Source: Clostridiaceae bacterium (GTDB taxonomy: Bacteria; Bacillota; Clostridia; Saccharofermentanales; UBA5734). From it: a stretch of 53,671 nt of DNA. The position numbers were made by a program, and so were the translations under genes. This document shows, piece after piece, positions 1-9,792 of the stretch. Location of the stretch: the NCBI GenBank assembly GCA_012523135.1, contig JAAYJD010000214.1:1-53671 (forward strand). The letters run 5' to 3'. The notes beneath the pieces were generated by a model. The model was not told the DNA's origin. It searched no databases and worked only from the letters and a program-made list of their open reading frames with translations. The first letter of the stretch is position 1. Every line of letters begins with the position of its first letter.

Positions 1-37
1 GTGAACACCCTCTCCTGTTGTCCGATCGGATCGGAAG

Positions 38-280
<243 letters not shown>

Positions 281-284
281 TCAG

Positions 285-1412
285 TCAGTCCGCGCCGCTG
301 CCAGATGCCTGGGGGCCGCTGCCCTCCGCCCCTTGCGGCCGGTTGGTGCGGCTCCGCCTCCGGCTGCCGGAACCCCGGCGCCCGGAGCGCTTCTTTTTGG
401 GCCGGTCTGATTCGCTTTTTGTATCCTCGGCCGTCTCCGGCTTGCTCTCACGCCGCTCCGGCCGGTTGTCACGAACAGGCCGCCTGCGCGGCGAGGCGGC
501 CCGATCGCCCTGCTCAGGCGCCTGCTGGCTTTCGCTTGCCGCCGGGCGTTCGGAAACCGATGCGGGCGCGCCGCTGCCGGGCGGGTAGCGCCTGCTGACA
601 CGGCCGCCGACCAAGGTCAGTTCCTCGTAGGGTACCGTCAGCAAATCGGCTTCGCCGCCGCGGTCAAGCCGGACCGTGACCGTTTCCTTGAGCAGGTTGA
701 CATGCTCGATATAGCCCTGGCCTTCACTGGTCATGACGATCGCACCTTGCTTGGGCATGCGTGCGGTCGCGTCCTCATAGGCGGCCTGCTCGTATTTCAG
801 GCAACACATCAGGCGGCCGCACATGCCGGATATCTTGACCGGATTCATGGACAGGTTTTGTACTTTGGCCATCTTGATCGAGACCGGAACAAAGTCGTTC
901 AAATAGGAACAGCAACACAGTTCACGGCCGCAGATGCCCAGGCCGCAGACCATGCGGGCCTGATCGCGGACGCCGATCTGGCGCAGTTCGATCCGGGTGT
1001 GAAACACAGACGCCAAATCCTTGACCAGTTCGCGGAAATCGACCCGGCCGTCGGCCGTAAAATAAAACACGATCTTGCGGCTGTCGAACGACACATTCAC
1101 ATCAACCAGGTGCATATCGAGGCCGCGGCTGACGATTTTATCCTGGCCGACATGGAAGGCTTCCTTTTCCTTTTGCGTGTTCTCGTCGTAACGCATCAGG
1201 TCTTCTGTCGATGCGATCCGCTGCACGTGCTTGAGCGGGGCGATCAGCTTCTCCTCCGGGATCTCGATCACATCCTCGGCGACGATGCCGAGTTCGATTC
1301 CCTGGGTTGTTTCGACGATCACGGCGTCCCCCATGTGCAAATCCAAATCTCCGGGGGCGAAGTGATAGGCTTTTCCGGTTCCGCGGAAGCGGATACCGAT
1401 AACTTTAGGCAT
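285..1412 (-). CDS. yaaT: PSP1-domain stage 0 sporulation protein YaaT/RicT with long Arg/Ser-rich C-terminal tail
   Basis: YFTADGRVDFRELVKDLA, RIELRQIGVRD, GICGRELCC and GMCGRLMCCLKYE motifs. Conserved position downstream of holB. Confidence 0.93.
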   Translation of the reverse strand: MPKVIGIRFRGTGKAYHFAPGDLDLHMGDAVIVETTQGIELGIVAEDVIEIPEEKLIAPLKHVQRIASTEDLMRYDENTQKEKEAFHVGQDKIVSRGLDMHLVDVNVSFDSRKIVFYFTADGRVDFRELVKDLASVFHTRIELRQIGVRDQARMVCGLGICGRELCCCSYLNDFVPVSIKMAKVQNLSMNPVKISGMCGRLMCCLKYEQAAYEDATARMPKQGAIVMTSEGQGYIEHVNLLKETVTVRLDRGGEADLLTVPYEELTLVGGRVSRRYPPGSGAPASVSERPAASESQQAPEQGDRAASPRRRPVRDNRPERRESKPETAEDTKSESDRPKKKRSGRRGSGSRRRSRTNRPQGAEGSGPQASGSGAD

Positions 1413-2421
1413 AGGTTAGCTCCTTTCGCAGGACGAGCATCAAATGGCAGGCCAGCCCTTCAAAGCTGGCATTGAGCGCCAGACCGCGCCGCGCGGCCAG
1501 GACAGCCCGGTAAGCTTGGGTCAGATGGTTCCGGAGCGTGGCCGGTTGCTTTCCGGCCGGCAATAACCGCTCCAGGGCGAGCCGCTGGTCGTTGTTGATC
1601 AGCAAGTCGCCCACCGAACGTTCGGACAAGACGATAAGGTCGCGCACCAGGCTGCCGAGAACATCCAGAATCTCGCCGGTGTGGACACGGTTGGCTTCAA
1701 AAAAGGCAAACCCGTCCGTCAGCAGATTGGACCGGCCGGACTCGGGCAGTTTCATGAAAAAGCGGATGGTTTCCTGGCGCAGGTCATGGAACCAGCTGCT
1801 TTGAGCCAGTTCGAGTGCCACGCCGGGGACTCCGCCGCTGACACGGGCGAAAAAGGCGGCCGCTTCATGCTGGTGCAGGTCCTTTGCCGCCATGACCGCC
1901 ATAACCTCATCGGCACGGAGCCGGCTGAGCATCAGGACCACCGCGCGGGACACGATCGTCGCCAGCAGGTGCCTGGCGCTCAGGGCCGTCAGCAGGAAGA
2001 TCGCGTAGGGCGGCGGTTCTTCAAGCGATTTGAGCAAGGCGTTTTGGCCTTGCTCGTTGAGGGCATCGGCGTCGATCAGATAGACTTTGCGCGGACCGAG
2101 CTGCGGCTGGTGGTACAAATCGGTGCCGATTTTCTGGCGCACCGCGTCCACCGGGATGACTTTTTCTTTTTCCTGCAGCTCCAGTTCGCGGAAATCAGGA
2201 TGAACGCCGCCGGCCAGGTAGCGGCAGGACGGACAGCTGCCGCAGGCGCCGTCACGGCCCGGCTGACTGCAGAGCAGCGCGGCGGCGAATTCGCGGGCCA
2301 GGCTGGTTCTGCCGATCCCTTTGGGTCCGGTGAAAATATAAGCATGCCCCGGGCTGCCCGCAAGGGCATGACCGAGGCGCTCTTTGACTTCAGCCTGGCC
2401 GACAATGGACGAAAACGACAT
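1405..2421 (-). CDS. holB: DNA polymerase III delta' subunit
   Basis: HAYIFTGPKGIGRT, four-Cys zinc module (C..CGSCPSC), HPDF, QNALLKSLEEPP, ATIVSR. Lies in the tmk-darA-holB-yaaT synteny. Start set at MSFSSIVGQ. Confidence 0.93.
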   Translation of the reverse strand: MSFSSIVGQAEVKERLGHALAGSPGHAYIFTGPKGIGRTSLAREFAAALLCSQPGRDGACGSCPSCRYLAGGVHPDFRELELQEKEKVIPVDAVRQKIGTDLYHQPQLGPRKVYLIDADALNEQGQNALLKSLEEPPPYAIFLLTALSARHLLATIVSRAVVLMLSRLRADEVMAVMAAKDLHQHEAAAFFARVSGGVPGVALELAQSSWFHDLRQETIRFFMKLPESGRSNLLTDGFAFFEANRVHTGEILDVLGSLVRDLIVLSERSVGDLLINNDQRLALERLLPAGKQPATLRNHLTQAYRAVLAARRGLALNASFEGLACHLMLVLRKELTYA

Positions 2422-2422
2422 G

Positions 2423-2752
2423 CTACATTTTCTCAAAATGCTCGACATTCAAGACAAATACGGTCGCACCGCCCACCATGACTTCAACCGGATACGGAAT
2501 ATACGAGCCGCCCATCGACGAGGGGGTGACATTGGTGTTGATCGCGGCTTGCCTGGAACTGGAATACTTGCGGATGATGCTGAGCACGTCGTCGAGCTGG
2601 TCATCGTCAACCACAATCATCAAGGTCGTGTTGCCGGACCGGAGAAAACCACCGGTTGAATTGAGCTTGGTTACCCGGTATCCGGCACGGTTCAATTCAG
2701 CCATCAGGCGCGGGCTGTCTTCATCGTGTACGATCGCAAATATAAGCTTCAT
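2423..2752 (-). CDS. darA: Cyclic-di-AMP receptor DarA/PstA (YaaQ, PII-like)
   Basis: MKLIFAIV, TKLNSTGGFLRSGNTT and VGGATVFVL signatures. Located between tmk and holB. Confidence 0.92.
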   Translation of the reverse strand: MKLIFAIVHDEDSPRLMAELNRAGYRVTKLNSTGGFLRSGNTTLMIVVDDDQLDDVLSIIRKYSSSRQAAINTNVTPSSMGGSYIPYPVEVMVGGATVFVLNVEHFEKM

Positions 2753-3426
2753 GTGCCAAGGCCCTCCCTAATAATGTGGTAGATCTGCTCTGCAAGTTCC
2801 GTTTCCTGCTGGGCGGCATCCATAACGATGATCCGGTCGGGATCCGCCTGCGCGAGCTGCCTGTACCCCTGACGTGTCCGCTCCATGAACGCGACACTTT
2901 CGTGATCCAGGCGGTCCTGTTTGTCCTGTCGTCCCAGCAGGCGAGCCAGTGCGGCTTGCACGGGCAAATCCAAAAGGATGGTGACATCGGGCCAGCACCC
3001 GCCGACCGCCAGCTGGTTCAGCGATCGGATCATATCCGGATCCAGCTGCCGGCCGTAGCCCTGATAAGCGGCAGTCGAATCGAGGAAGCGATCACAGATC
3101 ACCCATTTTCCGTTCTCGAGATCCGGCAGAATCACCTCGCGCACCAGCTGAGCTCTTGCCGCGGCAAAAAGCAGCAGCTCCGTCTCCATACACATGCCGG
3201 TGTGCGCTTTATCCAGCAAGATACGGCGAATCGCCTCGCCAATCGCGGTTCCGCCGGGTTCGCGCAGGACACGCACCGGGATGCCGGATTGAACTAACCT
3301 TGCAGACAGCTTCTCGATCTGTGTCGTTTTCCCCGACCCGTCGATGCCCTCAAAGGTGATCAACCGGCCTCTCGGGGAAGCTGAGACGCGCTGGATATCT
3401 GTCGGCTCGTTTTCATTATACATCAT
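2749..3426 (-). CDS. tmk: Thymidylate kinase
   Basis: ITFEGIDGSGKTT P-loop, REPGGT, CDRFLDSTAAYQG. ATG at 3426 with AGGAG RBS. Confidence 0.95.
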   Translation of the reverse strand: MMYNENEPTDIQRVSASPRGRLITFEGIDGSGKTTQIEKLSARLVQSGIPVRVLREPGGTAIGEAIRRILLDKAHTGMCMETELLLFAAARAQLVREVILPDLENGKWVICDRFLDSTAAYQGYGRQLDPDMIRSLNQLAVGGCWPDVTILLDLPVQAALARLLGRQDKQDRLDHESVAFMERTRQGYRQLAQADPDRIIVMDAAQQETELAEQIYHIIREGLGT

Positions 3427-3448
3427 ATCGGCTCCTGATGGAATCGAC

Positions 3449-4963
3449 TCAGGCCAGGACCTGGACATTTCCTGCATCGATCCCGTTTATGCTGATGTTA
3501 TTGTCCAATAAGCGCCGCAGGAAATCAACTCTGTCCGGGGTCAGCACTTCACCCGGCCAGACCAGCGGGATACCAGGGGGATAGGGGACCAGGGCCTGGG
3601 CCGCAGCGCGGCCGGCCGCTGTTTCGAGGCGGCATGACGCTCGGACACCCGGCGCCAGGAGCGCGTCGCCCGGCGATACCCGAAACGACAGGCCGGTTTT
3701 GTCCAGTTGCCTGAGCCAGCGCGTCTCCAGTTCCTGCAGCTGGCTGCTGGCATCGGCCAGACCGCCGGCGCTGGGTACCGGGAAACGGTGCAGGCTGTCG
3801 GACAGAAGCTGCCAGTTGGCGGATGACTGCCACAGCGAAGGGATCAGGACCAGGCGGGTCAAGTCGGCAAACTCGATGTCGATGCCATCCGCGGACAGGT
3901 GGCGGGCCAGCGCCGGCATGGCGGCTACCTGGCGGCTGTCCCGGGCTGTCAAAACCAGGCGAAGCGGATCGCGCGCCAGGGGTTCGGCGCCGCGGCGGGA
4001 CGGAAGACACGCCAGCCAGTCCGGCAGCGACTGGCGCAACCATTCCAGGTGTTCGAGCTGCAGACGGATCTGGCGGCTGCCGGTCAGCGCCATGAGCTGC
4101 CGGGCCAGATCGAGGCTGGCAGCGATCGGAAAAGAGGGACTGGAGGTCTGGAAGACCGGAATCAGCCGCGTCAGGGCAGCGGCGTCCAGCCGGCCCGATG
4201 CCAAAGCTTCACGGCCAAGATGCAGCCAGGCGCCGCCTGTCAGGACAGGCAAGGTCTTATGCCCGCTTTGCACGCAGGCGTCGGCACCGGCGGCCAGTGC
4301 CGCTGCCGGCAGAACGCCCGGAGCGAAAGCCAGGTGCGCGCCGTGCGCCTCGTCGACAAGCAGGCAGGCGCCGCGCGCGTGAACCGCCTCGGCAATCGCC
4401 GCCAGCTCGGCACAGCTGCCGTAATAGTCCGGAGAGGTCAGCAGCACAGTCCGGCAGCGGGGATGCCGCTCCAGGTCGCGGATCACGTCAGCGGCCGTGG
4501 CCTGGGGAAACAGTGAAAATCGGGACAGGTCGGGCGGCAGCTCGCCGGTCTGCGTCAGGAGACACAGCTGGATGTCCAGCAGGGCAGCGGCATGGACGAC
4601 CGCCTGATGGCAGGTCCGCGAGACCAGCAGGCTGCCGCCCCGGCCGACCGCCAGCGCCAGCAGGACCTGCAGGCCCAGCGTCGATCCGCCGGTGAGCAGC
4701 CGCGAGTGGCCGGCGCCGAAAGCAGCGGCCGCCAGTTCCATCGCCTGCTGTGCGACGCCGGCCGGGTGATTGAGGTCATCGGTGCCGGGCAGTTCCGTCA
4801 CATCGATAGCAGCCAGGTTCTCTGCCAGGCCCGCCGGCCAGGCCAGGCCGCCCAGATGCCCCGGCATATGCCAGCGTTGGCGGCCGGACCGGGCGTGCTT
4901 CAGCAAGGCGCTGAGCAGCGGGGTCGGTAATTGTTCAGCCGGTTCCGGCAGATTCGTGTCCAT
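3449..4963 (-). CDS. yaaO: PLP-dependent Orn/Lys/Arg decarboxylase family protein (YaaO-like)
   Basis: HMPGH, DVTELPGTDDL, LLVDEAHGAH, QSGHKTLP (PLP lysine), C-terminal PYPPGIP. Located upstream of tmk. Confidence 0.85.
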   Translation of the reverse strand: MDTNLPEPAEQLPTPLLSALLKHARSGRQRWHMPGHLGGLAWPAGLAENLAAIDVTELPGTDDLNHPAGVAQQAMELAAAAFGAGHSRLLTGGSTLGLQVLLALAVGRGGSLLVSRTCHQAVVHAAALLDIQLCLLTQTGELPPDLSRFSLFPQATAADVIRDLERHPRCRTVLLTSPDYYGSCAELAAIAEAVHARGACLLVDEAHGAHLAFAPGVLPAAALAAGADACVQSGHKTLPVLTGGAWLHLGREALASGRLDAAALTRLIPVFQTSSPSFPIAASLDLARQLMALTGSRQIRLQLEHLEWLRQSLPDWLACLPSRRGAEPLARDPLRLVLTARDSRQVAAMPALARHLSADGIDIEFADLTRLVLIPSLWQSSANWQLLSDSLHRFPVPSAGGLADASSQLQELETRWLRQLDKTGLSFRVSPGDALLAPGVRASCRLETAAGRAAAQALVPYPPGIPLVWPGEVLTPDRVDFLRRLLDNNISINGIDAGNVQVLA

Positions 4964-4982
4964 AGCGGCCCTCTGTTGAGAC

Positions 4983-5006
4983 AAAGCCGGCTGTCAGGCC
5001 GGCTTT
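4983..5006 (-). terminator. Hairpin, possible weak intrinsic terminator between the hypothetical gene and yaaO
   Basis: 9-bp inverted repeat AAAGCCGGC-N6-GCCGGCTTT with only a short U-tract on the minus strand. Confidence 0.45.
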
Positions 5007-5042
5007 GGGGATGGATTGTGGCAGCAAAACAGGCCGGTCCGG

Positions 5043-5606
5043 TCAATAGTCCAGCTTGATCGTGTGGATACCGGCAATTTCCAGCCAGATCTCCTTCTCG
5101 ATGCGGTCAATATCGCGCCGAATTTCTTCGACGGACTCCTCCGACTTGATCTTCTTCTCCCAGCGGGCCGGGCGGTTCCGGGCGGCGCGCGGTTCGCTCC
5201 GGCTGACCCGGGCCTCCTGGGCCGGCGGATTCTGGCGGGGCGAGGCGGACTCAGGCGTGCTTGGCGTTCCTGGCGTGTCCGTGCTTGCCGGTTCCGGCTT
5301 GCTGCGGGCCTGCTGGGGACGGTTCTGGTTCGGGCGGCTGCGCCGGTTGCGGTTCGACCGGTTGGCGGAAGAGCCGCCGGACGAGGCCGGCTTGTTCCGG
5401 TCTCCCGCCGGACGGCTGCCGGCATCTCGGGGGGCTGCTGACCTGGCCTGTTCGACAGGGCCATTGCGCGCGGCAGGGGCAGAGCCCGGAGACGCTTGAT
5501 CCGAAGGGCCGAAATGGCGGTAGTTGCGCTTGCGGCGGTTCGATCCGCCGCCGGAATTCGCGGCGCCGCTGTTGGCTGGTCCGTTGTTGTTTTCTGGTAC
5601 GCTCAT
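5043..5606 (-). CDS. Hypothetical protein: long disordered Arg/Asn/Pro-rich region plus short C-terminal helical motif (187 aa)
   Basis: ATG at 5606 with GGGAGG RBS and a promoter upstream. C-terminus reads ESVEEIRRDIDRIEKEIWLEIAGIHTIKLDY. Confidence 0.75.
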   Translation of the reverse strand: MSVPENNNGPANSGAANSGGGSNRRKRNYRHFGPSDQASPGSAPAARNGPVEQARSAAPRDAGSRPAGDRNKPASSGGSSANRSNRNRRSRPNQNRPQQARSKPEPASTDTPGTPSTPESASPRQNPPAQEARVSRSEPRAARNRPARWEKKIKSEESVEEIRRDIDRIEKEIWLEIAGIHTIKLDY

Positions 5607-5662
5607 GGTTACCTCCCAGGGTTCATGGCCGGATATGCCCGAAAAAGCGGGGGCATACACGT

Positions 5663-6175
5663 TTATTCTAGCTGGTTTTCCTTTTGCTGACAAGGCGCCG
5701 GCGAAAACCAGCCGCTCATCATCAGCCGGACACCCGGTTCCTCCTCCACCCGGCCGGTCAGGATTTCCCGCAGCGGAACCATGACAAAGGCCCGCTCGCG
5801 CATCCTGGGGTGGGGCAAGGTCAAGCGGTCGTCGCAGCGCCGGCAGCCCGCATAGGTCAGAATATCGATGTCGATGGTGCGCGCGCCCCAGCGGATCTTC
5901 CGTTCACGACCCAGGTTCTTTTCCGCCGCCTGGCAGACCGCCAGCAAGTCCTCCGGCGCCAGCGTGGTCCGGATGCGAACGACGATGTTCAGAAAGGGCG
6001 GCTGCTCGGTCAGGCCCACCGGATCGGTCTCATAAACGGATGAAACCTGCTCCAGGCAGATGCCGTCTGTGGCGGCCAGCAGCCAAAGCGCCTGGCGCAG
6101 CCAGTCAAGACGCTCGCCGAGATTGGAGCCCAGCGACAGGTAAGCCCGTTTTTCCGTTTGGGTCGGAGCGGCCAT
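5663..6175 (-). CDS. folK: 2-amino-4-hydroxy-6-hydroxymethyldihydropteridine diphosphokinase
   Basis: AYLSLGSNLG, SSVYETDP, RWGARTIDIDIL, LPHPRMRERAFV. Confidence 0.96.
   Translation of the reverse strand: MAAPTQTEKRAYLSLGSNLGERLDWLRQALWLLAATDGICLEQVSSVYETDPVGLTEQPPFLNIVVRIRTTLAPEDLLAVCQAAEKNLGRERKIRWGARTIDIDILTYAGCRRCDDRLTLPHPRMRERAFVMVPLREILTGRVEEEPGVRLMMSGWFSPAPCQQKENQLE
5665..5693 (-). promoter_or_regulatory. Putative sigma-A promoter inside the 3' end of folK, driving hyp-yaaO-tmk-darA-holB-yaaT
   Basis: TTGTCA (5693-5688), 17-bp spacer, TAGAAT (5670-5665). Confidence 0.6.
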
Positions 6176-6552
6176 CAGGATCGTTCCCGGCGGATCTGGA
6201 CGGCCATGGCGGCAAAGCGGCCCGGTACAGGCGCGTGCGGCTTGCGTACGGTCACGTCGACGGCCATAGCCAGGCGATAGGTCTGGAGCAGCGTGTCGGC
6301 GATGGCGCCGGCCAGCCGTTCGATCAGGTCAAACCGGGCGGTCTCGACGATCTGCCGGATCGCCTGATACGCCTGGGCGTAATCGATCGTCTGGGCCAGC
6401 AAGTCTGTGGCGGTTGCGGCCAGACGGCGGCAGTGGAAGGTGACATCGATCTCGAACTCCTGGCCGTTTTGCTTCTCTTCGGCCAGCACGCCGACATATC
6501 CGAAAAAGACCAGGCCTTCGAGCCTTATCTGGTCGGTCCAGGCAGGTTTCAT
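6175..6552 (-). CDS. folB: Dihydroneopterin aldolase
   Basis: FGYVGVLAEEK, TIDYAQAY, LIERLA, VRKPHAP. Confidence 0.95.
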   Translation of the reverse strand: MKPAWTDQIRLEGLVFFGYVGVLAEEKQNGQEFEIDVTFHCRRLAATATDLLAQTIDYAQAYQAIRQIVETARFDLIERLAGAIADTLLQTYRLAMAVDVTVRKPHAPVPGRFAAMAVQIRRERS

Positions 6553-7418
6553 CTTGTTTCCTCCCCGGCAGCCGGCCTGCAGATGGCGTCGGCCAGCGCG
6601 ATTGCATCAGATAATCCGGCCACATCGTGAACGCGGACCAGATCCGCCCCGCGGGCAATGGCCACCGCTACGGCAGCCGCCGTGCCCATCAGGCGGTCTT
6701 CGACAGGCTTTTGCAGGATATCGCCGATGAAGCGCTTGCGGGACGGCCCGACCAGGATGGGCAGGTTAAACACCTCAAGTTCGGCCAGGCGGTCGATCAT
6801 GGCCAGTGACTCGCGCGTCGACACGCCAAACCCGATGCCCGGATCGAGCACCAGCTGTTCGGGCGTCAGATCGGCCTGCAGGGCAATCCCGAGGCTGCGC
6901 TCAAAAAAAGGCCGCATGGCGGATACAATGTCGGCCGCAGGCACGTCCGCGGTTCGGTAAAGCCGGGCGTTGTGCATAACGACGACACCGGCACCCGCGC
7001 GGGCGGCTACGCCGGCCATGGCCGGGTCGCCCTGCAGGCCCAGGACGTCGTTGACAATCGCGGCGCCCGCGTCCAGGGCCGCGCGGGCAACCTCCGGCTT
7101 GCTGGTGTCGACAGACAGCGGACAGGCAAAACGGGCAGCCAGCGCTTCCAGGACCGGCACGACGCGCCGGATTTCCTCAGCCGCGCCGACCGGGCTGGAA
7201 CCAGGCCGTGTCGACTCGCCGCCGATGTCCAGGATATCCGCTCCTGAAGCCAGCAGGCTGTCCGCCTGGCGCAGCGCAGCGTCAACAGTCACGAAAGCGC
7301 CGCCGTCCGAAAACGAATCCGGCGTCACGTTGATGATCCCCATAACGAGGGTGCGCCGGCCGAGCGGCAGGCAGAAGGCCCCGGCTCGGAACACATCAGG
7401 TTTGGCCGCCCCGTTCAT
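6549..7418 (-). CDS. folP: Dihydropteroate synthase
   Basis: [48 protein letters not shown] overlap with the folE stop. Confidence 0.96.
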   Translation of the reverse strand: MNGAAKPDVFRAGAFCLPLGRRTLVMGIINVTPDSFSDGGAFVTVDAALRQADSLLASGADILDIGGESTRPGSSPVGAAEEIRRVVPVLEALAARFACPLSVDTSKPEVARAALDAGAAIVNDVLGLQGDPAMAGVAARAGAGVVVMHNARLYRTADVPAADIVSAMRPFFERSLGIALQADLTPEQLVLDPGIGFGVSTRESLAMIDRLAELEVFNLPILVGPSRKRFIGDILQKPVEDRLMGTAAAVAVAIARGADLVRVHDVAGLSDAIALADAICRPAAGEETR

Positions 7419-8092
7419 CCGCGGCGCCTGTTCAGCAGGGACATCGCCTCGGAGCGCGACCGGGCGTCCCGCTTGCACAGGCCGCGCAAGGCAGATGTGA
7501 CCGTCAGCGAGCCTGGTTTGCGGATGCCGCGCATGGTCATGCACAGGTGCTCGGCCTCGACGATCACCGCGACGCCCATCGGCCGGACCGCCTCGACCAT
7601 CGTGTCCGCGATCTGCGAGGTCAGCCGTTCCTGAAGCTGCGGTTTACGCGACATCACATCGACGATGCGGGCGATCTTGCTCAGGCCGAGGATGCGGCCG
7701 CCATCCGGGATGTAAACCACATGCGCGCGCCCGATAAACGGCAGCAGGTGGTGCTCGCACATCGAATAGAACGGGATATCGCCCACCATGATCATTTCAT
7801 CGTGATCCTTCTCGTGGAACACCTTGATCACATCGCGGACATCGACATGCAGGCCGGCGAACAGCTCGTCATACATGCGGGCGACGCGCGACGGGGTGTC
7901 GAGCAAGCCTTCGCGCTCCGGGTCCTCCCCGATCGCCAGCAGGATTTCCCGCACGGCTTTCTCGATGCGGGGCAGATCAACATAGGGCGCACGCCCCTGG
8001 CTGGCGCAGGAAAACGACTCCAGGTCATCGGTATCGACGGCGTCGTACATGATCGGGTCGCGGTTTGTTGTTTCAGGTTCGTTCACGTTCAT
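7415..8092 (-). CDS. folE: GTP cyclohydrolase I
   Basis: [42 protein letters not shown]. Confidence 0.97.
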   Translation of the reverse strand: MNVNEPETTNRDPIMYDAVDTDDLESFSCASQGRAPYVDLPRIEKAVREILLAIGEDPEREGLLDTPSRVARMYDELFAGLHVDVRDVIKVFHEKDHDEMIMVGDIPFYSMCEHHLLPFIGRAHVVYIPDGGRILGLSKIARIVDVMSRKPQLQERLTSQIADTMVEAVRPMGVAVIVEAEHLCMTMRGIRKPGSLTVTSALRGLCKRDARSRSEAMSLLNRRRG

Positions 8093-9056
8093 GTCCTTTC
8101 TGGCCGCCCTGGATTTGGCGGCGGTACTGCATGGGGGTCATGCCGATGTGCTTGCGGAAAGCCGCGTTGAAACGCTGCGGGCTGGAAAAGCCGACCTGGG
8201 TAGCGATGCCGCTGACCTTGATGTCTTTTTGTTCCAGCAGTTTGCAGGCGTGGTCGACCCGGATCTGCATCAGGAACGTCATCGGGCTCATGCCGGTTTC
8301 GTCGCGGAAAGCGCGGGTGAAGTAGCCCTGGCTGAGGAACACGTAAGCCGCGACATCGGAAATCGACAAATCACGGTCGTGATTCTCCACGATGTAGTCG
8401 CGGGCGATCTTGACCAGTTCGCGTGCTTTGCCGCTCCGGACACGCAGGCTTTCCTCCCATTCCTCACGCAGGCCCCGGGCCAGCACAACCAGGAGCTCCA
8501 TGGCCAGCAGCTGCATCACCAGCTCGCGTCCGTAAGCTTCCTTCCTGTTTTCCCGCAGGATACGCTCGACCAGCGCGGCAATATCCTGCCGGCTGCGGCC
8601 GCGCAGCAGCAGGTAAGGCTCGGCGGGCTTTCCCCCTTCGGGCGCTTCGTTTCCTGAGGCAAAATGGATGAACTGCTCCAGCGTCTGGGGCGCGATGTCG
8701 GTCGAGCGCAGGGGCGTATCCTGCGCCTGACCCGGCACCAAGCCGTGGCGGGAAAAGCCGAAATAGAGCACCATCATGTCGGCGGAGCCGTCCAGGACAC
8801 GGATGCTGTGCGCGCTGCGCGGCCGAATCACCAGCGTGGCGCCTTTTTCGATCAGGACGCGCTTGCCTTCGATCAGAAATTCAGCTTTGCCGCTGCGCAT
8901 GTAGGTCAGTTCGTGGTGGTCGTGGCGGCTGGGGTGCGTCATGGTCGCAGAACGTTCAAAGGACCTTTCGATCCCTTTGAAAACAACCGGTATGGAGCCG
9001 GCGGCATCCATGATGCCTTTTTCGACAGCCGGCAAGAGATCTTCAAACATGCGCAT
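8073..9056 (-). CDS. AraC-family regulator with N-terminal cupin domain
   Basis: Cupin HDHHELTYM and PRSAH. C-terminal double HTH ([36 protein letters not shown]). Overlaps the folE start by 20 nt. Confidence 0.92.
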   Translation of the reverse strand: MRMFEDLLPAVEKGIMDAAGSIPVVFKGIERSFERSATMTHPSRHDHHELTYMRSGKAEFLIEGKRVLIEKGATLVIRPRSAHSIRVLDGSADMMVLYFGFSRHGLVPGQAQDTPLRSTDIAPQTLEQFIHFASGNEAPEGGKPAEPYLLLRGRSRQDIAALVERILRENRKEAYGRELVMQLLAMELLVVLARGLREEWEESLRVRSGKARELVKIARDYIVENHDRDLSISDVAAYVFLSQGYFTRAFRDETGMSPMTFLMQIRVDHACKLLEQKDIKVSGIATQVGFSSPQRFNAAFRKHIGMTPMQYRRQIQGGQKGHERERT

Positions 9057-9068
9057 TCACCCGCCCCC

Positions 9069-9097
9069 ATCATAGCAGAAAGCAGGTGGGTTGTAAA
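9069..9097 (-). promoter_or_regulatory. Putative sigma-A promoter of the araC-folEPBK unit
   Basis: TTTACA (9097-9092), 17-bp spacer, TATGAT (9074-9069), with an extended -10 TG. Confidence 0.6.
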
Positions 9098-9131
9098 AAT
9101 GCCAGATTGCCGCGTTGCGGCGACTTCCGGC

Positions 9132-9770
9132 TTATTCGTTGACGACCGCCAGCCGGATGCTGTAATGGATATCTGCATAGGCCAGCAGCGCCGCCTCCGC
9201 CGCCGACAAGTCCAGGCAGAGCAGCAGGTCGCCGCCCTGCGGGCTGGCCAGGACCGCCGAACTGCCTTGCGCCGAGCCGTCGAGCACCCGCAGCACAGCG
9301 ATGTTTTTCAACACCTGCACCGGTTCATTGACCGCACCACGCGGAACCAGATGCAGATCGACCCGGCAGCCGGCGGCTAGCCAGTAGCCGTTGGCCGAAG
9401 CACGGTCAAGGCGCAGCGTCATCAGCCGCCGTCCCGGACCCGGACCGGGATATTGGATGCCTTCCGGCTGGTCGTTTAAACGGCGGGTATGCAATATCTC
9501 GCCTTCAGCCAGTCCGGTCGGTGTCCACAGCCCGACCGCGGCCTCCGGATCCATAAGCCATTCGGAATGGACGCTCTCCGCCGGGATCCGGACCGTTGTG
9601 ACATCCTCCGCTGCCAGCGAAGCGCCGGCGGGGATGTCACGTCGCGCGACGGCGACCGATGTCCATTCAACCTGCGGCCGGGACGCGCCAGCCAGCCAGG
9701 ACAGGCCCGCCAGGATAACCGTCGCAGCCAGCGTCAGCAAGATTTGCTTTGTGCGTTGCATCGCGCTCAC
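9132..9770 (-). CDS. cpaB: Flp pilus assembly protein CpaB/RcpC (SAF domain)
   Basis: N-terminal TM, VAVARRDIPAG SAF motif, GEIL, GCRVDLHL, VLKNIAVL. Last gene of the tad cluster. Confidence 0.85.
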   Translation of the reverse strand: MSAMQRTKQILLTLAATVILAGLSWLAGASRPQVEWTSVAVARRDIPAGASLAAEDVTTVRIPAESVHSEWLMDPEAAVGLWTPTGLAEGEILHTRRLNDQPEGIQYPGPGPGRRLMTLRLDRASANGYWLAAGCRVDLHLVPRGAVNEPVQVLKNIAVLRVLDGSAQGSSAVLASPQGGDLLLCLDLSAAEAALLAYADIHYSIRLAVVNE

Positions 9771-9792
9771 CTCATCGTATGTGATGAATCAT

